A stretch of 64,000 bases of DNA from an uncultured Spirochaetota bacterium (GTDB lineage Bacteria; Spirochaetota; Brevinematia; Brevinematales; JAOACQ01), in NCBI GenBank assembly GCA_963783575.1, contig CAWAOD010000009.1, positions 64,001 to 128,000 of the forward strand, in the 5' to 3' direction. This document shows, piece after piece, positions 31,145 to 42,701 of the stretch; the stretch's first letter is position 1, and each line of letters opens with the position of its first letter. Position numbers and translations under genes: made by a program. Under the pieces are notes generated by a model, which was not told the origin of the DNA, made no database searches, and was given only the letters and a program-made list of their open reading frames with translations.

Positions 31145-32742
31145 TTAACCCAGTTTGATTTTTAGCAAGCAAATAACAAAAATCGAAGTTATAAATGTAA
31201 GCAAAAGCGAAAATACAAAAGCTACTCGTATAACTTTATTCTCTTCACCGAGTTTTCCAATTGAGGCCGCCGCGTTCTGCAATTTCGCAGGCGATATTAC
31301 ACTTGCGAGGCCGCCGCCGAAAGCAAGACCGGCAGTTATGATGATAATGCCTTCAAGTCCCATTTTCAGATTCTGAGCGGTTGTCATAGTATATTTGGCG
31401 AACATGCTGATTGTAGATGCTTCGCTTCCGGTAATAAATCCGCCTAATAACCCTATAAAAACTGCTACTCCACCATAAGCGTTATGAAAAAACATTGAGG
31501 AATAATCCGCCAGTACTTTTACCATACTCGGAACAGCAAAATTTTTTACCGCCATATTGTATCCGGACATATTCATTACTTCACCGATGGCAAAAAAGAT
31601 TGCAGCCGAGAAAACAGGCCTTGGAGCCTCTTCAGCCAGACGGCCAGAGATTCCTTTAATTCTGCGGCTTTCGGCTTCATTATAGGAATTGATATCAAAA
31701 TACTGACCAATATCCATGTATATGCCTGCCACAAAGCTCTCGTATCGAGAGGCGCACTGTTGGCAGTTAGTCCGTTTACAGGAAGTTTATAATTATAATA
31801 CAGGAAATTAAAGAAAGGTTTCGGGATATTAAGTGCAAGAATAATAACAATCAATATTAGCCAAGGCATCAAGGCCTTCCAAAGCGGATATCTCTTCTCG
31901 TATTCCAATTCTTCAGCGGAAAGCATGGTTTTATCAATTACTTTTTTACCTGTGGCTATAAGGTAAATCACCATTGCCAGGATAACTGCGATACCGCAAA
32001 GTACACCGGTCAATATTACAAAATTATCATAGCGGTTTGTAAAATAAGAGACTATTCCTATGACCAGGCCAGTAAATAAGCAGGGCAGCCAGCCTTCTTT
32101 AATGCCTTTCCATTTCCCTGTTATCCAGAGCATACACAATCCTATAAGGGTTGAAACCAGGGGAAGAAAATAAAAAAATATACTCCCGGCCTGAGAAAGT
32201 GATATTTCATGGCCTTTACCCAGAAAACCGTTCGCAATATCGACAAACGCCACAATCGGCGCTCCCAGAAGGGCGTAAGTGCAGAGCGAATCATACCCAA
32301 TGGCCGGAAGTGCGATAGCGACATATGTGGAATAACCCATGGCAATTAAAATCGGCGGCAGTAAAGAAACAGGTGTTGCTCCGACAGCGACCATAAGCGT
32401 ACCGAACCCGATATTGATCATCATGATTTGTACGCCCCTGTTCTCACAGGCAATGGATTTAATGAAAATGATGATTCTTTTCAAGGCTCCGCATTTTTCC
32501 ATATAAGCCATTTGCAGAAGCGATGTAGCCACGATAAGTGAAACAGGGAATGAACGTATGAAGCCCGATGCGGTTGATCTGAGGAGAACTTCTGCGGATG
32601 TTTGAAAAACGAAAAATGCGGTAATACAGATAACCAGCCAGCCGATTATGCCGCTGAAATCCGCCGGTTTTTTCCAGATAATCAGGACACAAAGTAAAAC
32701 TAAAATGGGAAGCAGGCTGAAAAATAGTAACCACAATGACAT
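31145..32742 (-). CDS. lctP: L-lactate permease family (frameshift near 31620)
   Basis: Polytopic membrane protein; GATP, GGFITGSEAST, GGGLASVISPAKLQNAAA. Confidence 0.8.
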
Positions 32743-32843
32743 GCTAACCTCCTAAATCAAATCTGAAGAGAAGTAAAGCAGTAATAGCCATAACTCTCTT
32801 CAAACCGCACCTCGCTTCCTTCAAATATCTTCAAACCGGTTAA

Positions 32844-33809
32844 TTATTTTTGTATTAATTTTTGTATCTTGTATATTTTATTTATAATTTCTTTAGCGAT
32901 TTTTAAAGCGGTAATATCAGCTTCAGGTTTATGAATCGGCTCCCTGTCCTCGTTAATGCATTCTATAAAATGAATTTGTTCCAGCCGGAGAGCGTTATCT
33001 TTATGTATGAAAACCCTTTCCACAACATTTTCCTGTTTATATTTTATCTCTTCTTTAAGCACAAGATAATCTTCCTGCGGCTGTCGGGTTATGGTAATTT
33101 CCTGCGTGTCATAATTTAACGAAACGTATGCACCTTCCTGGGAAATAGCCAGTGTTCTTGTTTTGTTTTCGGAAACACGGCTTGCCGTTATGTTAGCGAC
33201 AACCCCATTTTCAAAAAACAAAGAAGCATTTGCAACATCCTCAAAATCAGAATAAATCCTCTGCCCATGAGCGGCAATATCAACAACTTTAGATTGCGCT
33301 ATTGAGAGAACAATATCGATGTCATGGATCATTAAATCAAGAACCACACCGATATCTTTGATTCTGCTTCTAGGTCCCATCCTCTGGGCCTGGATAAGAT
33401 AAGGTTTGTTGACAATATGTTTGAGTTCCTGAACCGCGGCATTAAATCTTTCAACATGCCCCACCTGCATAAAAAGATTTTTCTTTTCGGCAAGTTCAAC
33501 AAGTTTCTCGGCAAAATACACTGTTTTTGTCATCGGTTTCTCAAGCAGGATATGTTTTCCCGCCATCATCGCCTCGGATGCGAATTTATAATGCAGATAG
33601 GTTGGAACCGCAATAATGATCGCATCAACCGATGATAAGAACTGTTGGAAATTCGTATAAGCTTTTACTCCGTATTGGGATGCAAGTTTTTTTACCAGAT
33701 CCTCATTAGAGTCGCAAATCGATACGAAGGCTACATTATTTACAGTTGATATGGTATTTATATGGTAACGGCCCATATGCCCAGTTCCAACAACTCCAAT
33801 TCTTAACAC
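32844..33809 (-). CDS. Gfo/Idh/MocA oxidoreductase (GnnA-like)
   Basis: GTGHMG, EKP, QVGHVERFN, VVLDLMIHDID. Confidence 0.85.
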   Translation of the reverse strand: MLRIGVVGTGHMGRYHINTISTVNNVAFVSICDSNEDLVKKLASQYGVKAYTNFQQFLSSVDAIIIAVPTYLHYKFASEAMMAGKHILLEKPMTKTVYFAEKLVELAEKKNLFMQVGHVERFNAAVQELKHIVNKPYLIQAQRMGPRSRIKDIGVVLDLMIHDIDIVLSIAQSKVVDIAAHGQRIYSDFEDVANASLFFENGVVANITASRVSENKTRTLAISQEGAYVSLNYDTQEITITRQPQEDYLVLKEEIKYKQENVVERVFIHKDNALRLEQIHFIECINEDREPIHKPEADITALKIAKEIINKIYKIQKLIQK

Positions 33810-33831
33810 TTCAAGCTCCTGAATAAGTTTA

Positions 33832-34113
33832 TTATTTTATCCATATATCTTCAAGATCCTTATGGCTCATAAAATACCGGTATGCATATGAACAGCTTGC
33901 ATTAACTTTAAACCCGTTACTTTTTGCATAGTTTACCGCGAATGAAAGAATTTCATTTGCGATACCCTGATCTCTATATTCAGGCGGAACATAAGTATGA
34001 TAAAAATTTAATTCATTTTTACCCGTAATTTCATACTCCAGAACTGCTTCTTTTTCACCAAGCACACAGAAAAACTTTTTTTCGACAGAATTATGCTGAA
34101 TACTGATTTCCAT
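33832..34113 (-). CDS. Small GNAT acetyltransferase (YjdJ-like)
   Basis: HTYVPPEYRDQGIA...SCSY. Confidence 0.85.
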   Translation of the reverse strand: MEISIQHNSVEKKFFCVLGEKEAVLEYEITGKNELNFYHTYVPPEYRDQGIANEILSFAVNYAKSNGFKVNASCSYAYRYFMSHKDLEDIWIK

Positions 34114-34478
34114 ATTTCTCTCTATTAATTGCTAATAAATGAAGCTTAATAATTTACGCTATCATATAGATTCTAACATAATTCTTAAGTTTAATCAAAA
34201 AGATGACAATCTTAAAGATTTAATCCTCAATCCCGCTTTGTTTGTTTCAAACAAAAGCCAGTCAAGCAAAAAAGTGCCTTCATGAGCATAACAGCCTATC
34301 TTTTTCAGATACTTAAAAGCTGTTCTCGATTCACTCACAGGTAATTTTAACTTATAAAATTTGAATTGTTGATATTCTCAATTTGAAAGATTTTAGAAAA
34401 TAATATGCTATTCTTTGTAATTTAATGATATTAATTTATAATTTATAGGTTGAAAATCATAAATAGCGGGGAAATAAA

Positions 34479-35129
34479 ATGCAATTCAAAGCAATAATAT
34501 TCGACCTGGACGGGACACTTCTTGATACATTGGAAGATCTTGCAGAATCAATGAACAGCGTCCTTTTAAAAGCCGGGTTCAATACATATCCTGTGGAATC
34601 ATACAAATATTTTGTAGGAGGCGGAATGGAAACTCTTGTCGAACGAACTCTGCCTGAAGGCTTAAAAACCGGCGGCAGAATAAAAGAATTCTTAAATCTA
34701 ATGCGGGAAGAATATGGTAAAAGATGGTCGAATAAAACACATCCATATAATGGAATTCCGGAATTACTGGATGAGCTGGAAAACCGGGATTTGAAAAAAG
34801 CAGTGCTTTCAAACAAACCCGATGATTTTACGAAGGCCGTAGTGTCGAAGCTTCTGCCGGAATGGAAATTTGATGTCGTTAGAGGCCAGAAAAAAGGCGT
34901 CCGAAAAAACCCAATCCGGCCGGGGCTTTAGAGATTGCCTCTCAAATGGAAATTCCACCGGGTGATTTTATTTACCTTGGAGATACAAATACCGATATGC
35001 AGACAGCAATCACGGCAGGGATGTTTCCCGCCGGCGCTCTTTGGGGTTTCAGAACCGCCGGAGAAACTCCTGGCGGCCGGAGCAAAAGAACTTATTGAAA
35101 AACCTTCGGATTTGCTGAAATTTCTTTAA
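34479..35129 (+). CDS. HAD-superfamily phosphatase (Gph-like), frameshifted near 34910 and 35055
   Basis: FDLDGTL, LSNK; YLGDTNTDM..WGFR in shifted frame. Confidence 0.8.
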
Positions 35130-35134
35130 ACAAG

Positions 35135-36352
35135 TTAAGAATCTAACTTGTAAAATTCTCTTTCCAGTTTTTCGTAATAATCGATCGCTTTCCTGACATA
35201 AACCCTTTTTTCGGAATATGGCCGGTAAAAAAACGATCTTTTGAAGCCGTAAACAATAATGTCTTTAAGCTGTCCCGGCGTTATTGAAAAATGTGTAACG
35301 GCAAGCTTGATTTCATTGCTTACATTTGTATGCGAAATAAGCCTGTTGTCCGTACAGATCGAAATCGACAGCTTATTCTCAAGCATCTTTTTAAATGAAT
35401 GATTCTTAATATTCTGCAGTTTCGGTACGGTCTGGAGGTTGCTTGTAAGGCAAACTTCAATGGTAATGCGCTTGTCGGCGATATAATTAGTGAGGTTCCG
35501 GATATATTTCTTTTTGTCCTTATTTTCTTTTGAGAAAATCATATCCTCATCAAAAAGAAACAGACCATGTCCAATCCTGTCGGCATGAAGTTCAGTAATT
35601 GCAAGGAATATCGATTCCGGCCCAAAAGCCTCTCCGGCATGAACCGTTTTTTTAATAAAGTGCTTATGGATATAATCGTAAGAAAGCTTATGATCGTCAG
35701 CCGGGTATCCGAATTCGCTCCCGGCAAGATCAAAAGCCACAACCTGGATGTCGGAATTATTTTTTAATTCAACTATAGCTTTTGCGAGTTCCAGCGAAGC
35801 AAACTGGATTTTCTCAAGTGTTGATGAATATTTATGAAGTGAGAACAAATTTTTGTAATATTCCGAAAAATTCTCATTGCAATACCGCATAGCGCAGGCA
35901 ATAATCCCATAATCAAAAGGTGGTTCATCCGCAGGTATTTTGGAATTTATAGAGCTTCTGGCCGATCTTAAACCACTGTCGACAGCGGCCATAACGTCCT
36001 CGAATGAATTTTTCCCATTCATATGAAGCTGCGGAGCAAACCTGACTTCTATATATCTGACGCCTTCATCAAAATTGTCAACGGCAAGCTCATAAGAAAC
36101 CCTTTCCAGTGATTCCCTGTCCTGCAGTACTGCGGTTGTAAATGCAAAGCCCTGTAAATATTCCTCAAGCGAGGAATAGCTTTTCTTAAAGACTAGTTCA
36201 TTAAGCCCTTCTTCGGTATATGAAGGGAGGGTAACTCTCCTTTCCTTAGCCAGTTCGATCAATGTTGACAGTCTGAGTGACCCATCCAGGTGAACATGCA
36301 AATCCGTTTTCGGTATCCGCCTGATAAAGTCATCCGAAAAAAATCCCGGCAT
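35135..36352 (-). CDS. add: Adenosine/adenine deaminase family
   Basis: PKTDLHVHLDGS, EVRFAP, FDLAG.E, VHAGE, RIGHG, EVCLTSN, CTDN. Confidence 0.9.
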   Translation of the reverse strand: MPGFFSDDFIRRIPKTDLHVHLDGSLRLSTLIELAKERRVTLPSYTEEGLNELVFKKSYSSLEEYLQGFAFTTAVLQDRESLERVSYELAVDNFDEGVRYIEVRFAPQLHMNGKNSFEDVMAAVDSGLRSARSSINSKIPADEPPFDYGIIACAMRYCNENFSEYYKNLFSLHKYSSTLEKIQFASLELAKAIVELKNNSDIQVVAFDLAGSEFGYPADDHKLSYDYIHKHFIKKTVHAGEAFGPESIFLAITELHADRIGHGLFLFDEDMIFSKENKDKKKYIRNLTNYIADKRITIEVCLTSNLQTVPKLQNIKNHSFKKMLENKLSISICTDNRLISHTNVSNEIKLAVTHFSITPGQLKDIIVYGFKRSFFYRPYSEKRVYVRKAIDYYEKLEREFYKLDS

Positions 36353-36402
36353 TGTAAACCCCCAATAATACAGAAATCTTGGATTCAATTTTATATAATA
36401 AC

Positions 36403-37110
36403 CTATTTTGAAGGAATATTTCCTTTTGCGGTGATTTTTACAGACACATTATATGTTTCATTGCTAACCTCGAATACAAATTTCGGTAGATTCAAGGCGG
36501 CCTGCAGTAAAATATCGTTTGAGGCGCCGGCAATAAACAGCGGCTTTGTTTCAACATAATTCAGTTGCGTAAGGACTTCCGAAGGGCCTTTTATATAAGC
36601 CAGATTTTTATCCATTATGATGTCCTCAATCTTATATCCTTCTTTCGGATTACCGGATATAATAGGCTGAATAAAAACTATTTTACTGACAATCCTGTCG
36701 ATTTTTACGCTTACCCTTTCTTTCTGAAGATTAATGATCAAGTCGGATTGAGGCTCATTAATGACAATCTCTATTTTATAATATTTTGTCCCTGGAATTG
36801 CATTTTCAAGATTAACCACAGGCTTAATGATTTTCGATATTGAGATATTTTTTAATTTTTCAATCCTGCCTTTAATTATAAATGAAGCAGCCGTATCCGA
36901 ACTTTCAAGCATTATTAGATCGGCCGGAAGATTTAAATATTGGATGGGGATTGTAAAGCTCTGTTCGATATATGATAAGGAATTGACATAAAACCATAGC
37001 AAAATTGCTATAAACAATGATATCAGCTTTATCTGCCATTCTTCAATTATAAAATTCAGGATCTTATTCCATACCCCAGATTTCATTGATTCTTTCTGTA
37101 AAATTCTCAT
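36403..37110 (-). CDS. cdaR: YbbR-domain regulator of diadenylate cyclase
   Basis: KLISLFIAILLWFYV TM, two YbbR-like domains; follows cdaA. Confidence 0.85.
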   Translation of the reverse strand: MRILQKESMKSGVWNKILNFIIEEWQIKLISLFIAILLWFYVNSLSYIEQSFTIPIQYLNLPADLIMLESSDTAASFIIKGRIEKLKNISISKIIKPVVNLENAIPGTKYYKIEIVINEPQSDLIINLQKERVSVKIDRIVSKIVFIQPIISGNPKEGYKIEDIIMDKNLAYIKGPSEVLTQLNYVETKPLFIAGASNDILLQAALNLPKFVFEVSNETYNVSVKITAKGNIPSK

Positions 37111-37834
37111 AAGCTATTTCCTGTTCAATTTTTCCCTTATACGCGATGGAAACCTTCCCTGTTTCCTCCGAAACAATAATACTTATAGCATCGCTGTCGG
37201 TTGTAACGGCAATGCCGGCCCTGTGCCTTGTTCCCAGTCCGCTCTTGCTTTTCAGCATAGCTTCGACCTTCACCGAGGGAATGATTACCTGAGCCGCACT
37301 GATTCTGTCTCCCTGAATAAGGACAGCCCCGTCATGCAAAATGCTCCCCTTATAAAATATCGACAGTAGAAGTTCGGCTTTTACTGCGGAATCAAGCTGC
37401 ACAGCCTCATCCAGAAGCTGCTTAAGCCCCACTTTTCTTTCAAGTATTATAAGCCCTCCGATCCTTTTTTCACTCATTCTATAAATCGCTTCGGAAATTT
37501 CATTGAGGGTTTCCATGGAAACCTTCCCACTTATCCCGGCAATACCACTCTGCCCGATCCTGGATAGCACCCTCCTAATTTCCGGCTGAAACAAAACAAC
37601 AAGTAAAATAACAAAATAACTCACAACATATCTGAATATCCACGCTAGCGTTTTTAAATCTATGAATTTTGCAATAACATATATTACTACAACAACAAAA
37701 AAGCCTTTTATAATTGTAATGGAATTAGTATCCTCAAAAAGTTTATAGATAAAATATAAAAGATACGCCACACAAACAATATCTATTATATTTTTAATGA
37801 TCTGAATTACAGAAGAATCCAATAGATTTTCCAT
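37064..37834 (-). CDS. cdaA: Diadenylate cyclase CdaA
   Basis: 3 TM helices, FQPEIRR, HDGA, GTRHRA, VSEETG. Confidence 0.93.
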   Translation of the reverse strand: MENLLDSSVIQIIKNIIDIVCVAYLLYFIYKLFEDTNSITIIKGFFVVVVIYVIAKFIDLKTLAWIFRYVVSYFVILLVVLFQPEIRRVLSRIGQSGIAGISGKVSMETLNEISEAIYRMSEKRIGGLIILERKVGLKQLLDEAVQLDSAVKAELLLSIFYKGSILHDGAVLIQGDRISAAQVIIPSVKVEAMLKSKSGLGTRHRAGIAVTTDSDAISIIVSEETGKVSIAYKGKIEQEIAYENFTERINEIWGME

Positions 37835-37843
37835 AAAATACCC

Positions 37844-38694
37844 TCACCATACCGCCGCAGACAAGTATCCCACAACCCTGGAAAAATCTCCCGATGTTTC
37901 GCCGGAATTTCTATAAACAAGCGTTTTTATATTATTCCTTTTAAGCATCAGAGCCAGTTCCAGAAATGTGCAGATCGGGCCTGCCCCGCAAGCCTCAACG
38001 CTTCCCTGTATCGCTTCTTCGATCAGCTTATTTGAATTCATCTGCTCCAGCATACCGATCAGCCTATTATCCAATTTTTTGGCTTCCTTATCATTATGAT
38101 AATGAGATAGATCGCTCGAAACAACAACAATATATTGCCGTTCATAATCTTTAAGCAGGCTGAATAGAATTTCCAGCCCAATTTAACATTCCTTACAGTC
38201 TGTTCACCCATAAGAATAGGAACGATCTTAAAATCACCGTTTAAAACCGTCTGTAAAAATGGAAGCTGAACTTCAAGGCTATGTTCCTTAACATGAGCCG
38301 TATTGACATAATCGAATGTACCCTTTCCAATATCGGCAAGGGATTTTATTAATTCAATATCAACCGGAATCTCACCGAGCGGCGTTTTAAATGACTTATA
38401 ATAGGAAAGCGCAAATCCCTCAAAAAATGTAAAATGGCTCGGCCCGATTAAAATAACCGTATCTATCGATTTTTGCTTTATCAGCGAATACGCGTAAGCG
38501 GCAATTTGCCCGGAGTAAACATATCCCGCATGGGGCACGATAATCCCGAAGTAATTGTCAACAGCATTTTTTTTAAAATAATCAACCGTTTCGTTTGGAA
38601 CATTCGAAATATAATTATTAATCATCCTTTTTAAATTAATAGTATCATCGGGATAAAACAAACTTGCAACGGCCGGTTTTCTGACTTCGTCCAT
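37844..38694 (-). CDS. amrB: AmmeMemoRadiSam protein B / MEMO1 family (frameshift near 38180)
   Basis: RKPAVA..FYP, PHAGYVYSG, GPSH, EHSLEVQLPFLQ, ACGAGP, VVGY. Confidence 0.88.
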
Positions 38695-38802
38695 ACATTG
38701 AACCTCTGCGCAATCGTTGCGCATGCAGAACTGTCGTTCTGCACTATCTTTATTTACTTGTAAAACTATCATGGAACATCCTGTTCCCTTTGTTGCTTGG
38801 AG

Positions 38803-39419
38803 TCAGTAGAAAGCAGTAAATTCCTTAAAACTGGAAACTTTTGTGCAATCCGTATTTAATTTCCCAAAGCCATATGCGGCAAAAATAAAATCTATGTCGG
38901 CTTCATCGGATGCTTCCTTGTCAGAGATTGTATCACCGATATAAACTGCATTTTGCAGATTGTGTTTTTCTACCAGTTTCTTTATCATTTCCGCTTTGGA
39001 AAGATTGCTCTTCCCAAAACAATCTGAACCGGTTATATACAAACTTAATTTCGAATGCTTTATAAAAGCATCCAGATACCAGTCATCGCAATTGCTGACA
39101 ATAAATATCCTGTAAAACTTTGACAGTGATTCAATGCCTTTTTCAACATAATCATATATTATTCCGCCGATATTTTCAATAAAACCCTTTTCATAATAAT
39201 TCATTTTTTCTATAATATCAGGATATTTTTTATAATTCCCGGATATAAAATATCAAGACATTTAACAAAGGGATTACCGATTACTTTTCTTAAATCTTCT
39301 TCTTTCACAATAATATTTATCCCGAGAGCTTGAAAACCTTTTGTCCAGGCTTCCGAACTGATTCTCAGCGAATTCCATAAAGTCCCGTCAAGATCAAAAA
39401 TAATCGAGTCGTACTTCAT
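38803..39419 (-). CDS. HAD-superfamily hydrolase (frameshift near 39215)
   Basis: FDLDGTLW, VSNC, YIGDT..D, YGFG. Confidence 0.8.
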
Positions 39420-39420
39420 A

Positions 39421-40176
39421 TCACTGCATTACCATACCGCCGTCGACATTCAGAACCTGGCCGGTAATATATTTTGCCCTTTCAGAAACCAGGAACATAA
39501 CCGCGTCGGCAACATCATCAGGCGATCCGTAAGCTTTCATGGGTATTGTTTCCTTTATCTTTTCGGATACTTCCTCAGACAGGGCTTCGGTCATATCCGA
39601 ACGGATATATCCGGGTGCGACGGCATTAACCCTAATCCCCCTTCCTGCCAATTCTTTCGCCGATGTTTTTGTCAAACCGATCAAACCGGCCTTTGAAGCC
39701 GAATAATTTGCCTGCCCGACATTACCCATTATCCCAACTACACTTGCTATATTTACGATACTGCCGCTATTCTGCTTGAGCATTTGTTTTGAAACATATT
39801 TTGTACAGAGAAAAGCGCCGGTTAAATTGATTGAAATCACTAAATCCCATGATGCTTTCGGCATTATCATCAATCTTGCATCCTTTGTTATACCTGCATT
39901 ATTAACCAGGATATCAATTTTTGAGTATTTTTTTACAATATCATCAATCACTTCTCGTGTTGATTCTTCGGAAGAAACGTCATGCCTTAAAGAAAAAGCT
40001 TCAACATGATATTTTTCGCTAATTTCATCAGCGGTTTTCCTCGCCATTTCCTCATTAATGTCTGTTATGATTATTTTCACACTTTCTTCAGCCAGTCTTT
40101 CGGCAATCGCGCGGCCTATACCACGGGCGCTTCCGGTAATTAAAGCAACTCTGCTTTTAAGTCCAAGTTCATCCAT
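39421..40176 (-). CDS. fabG: 3-oxoacyl-ACP reductase
   Basis: TGSARGIG, NNAGIT.D, GQANYSASK, NAVAPG, VDGGM. Confidence 0.92.
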   Translation of the reverse strand: MDELGLKSRVALITGSARGIGRAIAERLAEESVKIIITDINEEMARKTADEISEKYHVEAFSLRHDVSSEESTREVIDDIVKKYSKIDILVNNAGITKDARLMIMPKASWDLVISINLTGAFLCTKYVSKQMLKQNSGSIVNIASVVGIMGNVGQANYSASKAGLIGLTKTSAKELAGRGIRVNAVAPGYIRSDMTEALSEEVSEKIKETIPMKAYGSPDDVADAVMFLVSERAKYITGQVLNVDGGMVMQ

Positions 40177-40191
40177 TTATTCCTCCTTCAA

Positions 40192-41334
40192 TCAGCCTGA
40201 GATTTCCCGGATAACCCGCAAAGTCTTTTCAATTTCTTCTTCCGTGTTGAAATATCCAATGCTTATTCTGACCGATCCTTCGGGAAATGTACCCAAAAAT
40301 TTATGCATTACCGGGGCGCAATGGAGCCCGGCCCTGACGGCAATATTTTCCGACTCTAGAATTGAGGCAGTTTCCACAGGTATAAGCCCGGCTAAATTAA
40401 AACTGATTATTCCAATCCCCTCATTGGGGTCTTCAGTTGTATATATTTTAATACCCTTTATTCTGCGCATTTCTTCATACATGATATTTTTTAAAAGTTT
40501 TTCTTTTTCCTGTATTTTCCCAATTCCGGTATCATTGATAAACCGAATCCCTTCAGCAAGCCCTGCTATCCCGGCGATATTTGGGGTTCCTGCCTCAAGC
40601 CTAAAAGGCATTTCTTCAGGGTGGCTTTCCGTTTCGGACTCCATTCCACTCCCGCCAACCCGGTAATAATCAAGGTTAACCCTGTCAGAAACATAAAGCC
40701 CGCCTGTTCCTGTCGGTCCGTAAAGAGCCTTGTGCCCTGTAAAAGCAAGAAGGTCTATCTTCATTTTTAATACATCAATTGGAATTATCCCTGCCGTCTG
40801 AGCCGCATCAACAAGAAAAAAAGCGCCGGAATTCGCATTCACAACATTCCCGATATCTTCAACGGGCTGGATCCATCCGGTAACATTAGAAGCATGGTTC
40901 AAAACAACAAGTTTGGTTTTTTTTGTCAATTTACTTTTTATCATACCCGGCAGGACTTTCCCCCCGGCCGGATCGATTCTGACAATTTTGATATTTTTTC
41001 TTAAAGAAAGAAGGCTGAGAGGCCGCGATAGCGAATTATGATCGAGTGATGTTGTAATTACCTCATCGCCGTCGAGTAGTACTCCCTGAAGAGCAATATT
41101 CAGTGAATCCGTGGCGTTATAAGTAAAAGCAATGTTCTTACTTACCGGCGCATTGAATAAATCGGCTAATGCCCTCCTTGTACTTTCCATCATCTGGTTT
41201 GCATGGATGGAAAGCATATGGCCGGAACGTCCCGGATTAGCGCCGTAATTGCGGTAAAACCTATCCATTTCTTTATATACTGACTCTGGTTTCGGGAAAC
41301 TTGTCGCTGAATTATCTAAATAAATCATATACAT
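40192..41334 (-). CDS. Aminotransferase class V / cysteine desulfurase-family protein
   Basis: YLDNSATSFPKP, HASNVTG, DAAQ, FTGHK, EAGTPN, RAGLHCAP. Confidence 0.9.
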   Translation of the reverse strand: MYMIYLDNSATSFPKPESVYKEMDRFYRNYGANPGRSGHMLSIHANQMMESTRRALADLFNAPVSKNIAFTYNATDSLNIALQGVLLDGDEVITTSLDHNSLSRPLSLLSLRKNIKIVRIDPAGGKVLPGMIKSKLTKKTKLVVLNHASNVTGWIQPVEDIGNVVNANSGAFFLVDAAQTAGIIPIDVLKMKIDLLAFTGHKALYGPTGTGGLYVSDRVNLDYYRVGGSGMESETESHPEEMPFRLEAGTPNIAGIAGLAEGIRFINDTGIGKIQEKEKLLKNIMYEEMRRIKGIKIYTTEDPNEGIGIISFNLAGLIPVETASILESENIAVRAGLHCAPVMHKFLGTFPEGSVRISIGYFNTEEEIEKTLRVIREISG

Positions 41335-41461
41335 TATTTTAAAGCCAAATATTATGATGTCAATAAAAATGAATTAAATGATATTTGAATATTTTTGATA
41401 CTACAGCGGAATATTGAGTCTATAATAATATCTGTTTGATATGGGTTGAGCATCATGCTCA

Positions 41462-42475
41462 TTAAAATAAATTCATCTCTTCTTCTTTCATTTTATATCC
41501 CAGATGTTCATAAGCAAGCCTGGAGGCTAGCCGTCCGCGCGGGCCCCTTTTGATGAATCCGTTCTGAATAAGAAAAGGCTCATAAACATCCTCAATTGTT
41601 TCAACTTCTTCGCTGACAGCAGCTGCCAGCGCTGAGACACCGACAGGCCCGCCGTTATAGTGTTCGATGATTACTTTCATAATCCTTCTATCCATGGCAT
41701 CAAGACCTTTTTCATCTACCTCAAGTTTTAAAAGAGCATAATCGGCAAAGGATTTTTCTATTTCCATCTTATTTTCAACAAGCGCGTAATCGCTGACTCT
41801 TTTTAGAAGGCGGTTTGCTATCCTAGGTGTGCCGCGCGCCCTCTTGGCAATTTCTAGGATACCGTTTTTATCTATATTTACATCAAGTATTTTTGCGCTT
41901 CTATCGATTATACGCCTGAGGCTTTCAGAATCATAAAAATCAAGGCGCTCTATAATTCCGAACCTGGAACGCAAAGGGCCTGTAATTGAACCGATCCGCG
42001 TAGTCGCACCAATAAGAGTAAAATGCGGAAGTGTGATCCTCAGCGTCCTTGCACCTGTTCCTTCTCCGATGATTATATCAACCTTAAAGTCCTCCATGGC
42101 GGAATAAAGGACTTCTTCCAGAACTTTTTTCAACCTGTGGATTTCGTCAATAAAAAGTATATCCCCCTCTTCCAGTGTCGTAAGGATGGCCATAAGGTCT
42201 CCCTGCTTTTCTATTGCGGGGGCGGTAGTAATTTTTATTGTTTTACCGAGTTCGTTTGAAATAATTTTTGCCAGCGTTGTTTTTCCAAGGCCGGGTGGAC
42301 CGTAAAGTATTGTATGATCAAGAGTCGTTTCTCTAATTTTTGCAGCCGTTACAAAAACCTTAATATTCTCTTTCACTTTATCCTGCCCGACAAAATCTTC
42401 AAAAGTCTGAGGCCTGAGTGTATCGTCCATATCACCCTTAAGAAAATCGGATGTTGTCAGCTTCTCTTCTATCAT
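41462..42475 (-). CDS. ruvB: Holliday junction branch-migration helicase
   Basis: LRP, GPPGLGKTT, FIDEIHR, GATT, RGTPRIANRLL. Confidence 0.97.
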   Translation of the reverse strand: MIEEKLTTSDFLKGDMDDTLRPQTFEDFVGQDKVKENIKVFVTAAKIRETTLDHTILYGPPGLGKTTLAKIISNELGKTIKITTAPAIEKQGDLMAILTTLEEGDILFIDEIHRLKKVLEEVLYSAMEDFKVDIIIGEGTGARTLRITLPHFTLIGATTRIGSITGPLRSRFGIIERLDFYDSESLRRIIDRSAKILDVNIDKNGILEIAKRARGTPRIANRLLKRVSDYALVENKMEIEKSFADYALLKLEVDEKGLDAMDRRIMKVIIEHYNGGPVGVSALAAAVSEEVETIEDVYEPFLIQNGFIKRGPRGRLASRLAYEHLGYKMKEEEMNLF

Positions 42476-42640
42476 ATCAGCCTTCTTTAAAAATGATCTT
42501 TAGCTAATATTTCATTAAAAATAACATCAGCAATTCTGAACAATTCCTTTTATAAGAATTGTATCCTGATTTTAATGTATTTGAATCATAATCATTATAA
42601 AGTGGAACTTTCTTTTTAACAAAAAGTAAAGAAGAAAAAT

Positions 42641-42669
42641 TTGACTAATTCTTTAATATAGAATAAAAT
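42641..42669 (+). promoter_or_regulatory. Sigma-70 promoter of rpsT-hup
   Basis: TTGACT-17 bp-TAAAAT. Confidence 0.65.
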
Positions 42670-42701
42670 ATTTACTAATATGGATTGAAAAGGAGGAGAT
42701 T

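Noticed and set aside
34280..34340. Weak hairpin starting GCATAAC (attC-like) between the GNAT and HAD genes
   Set aside because: Poor pairing, no matching R' core, isolated in a housekeeping region
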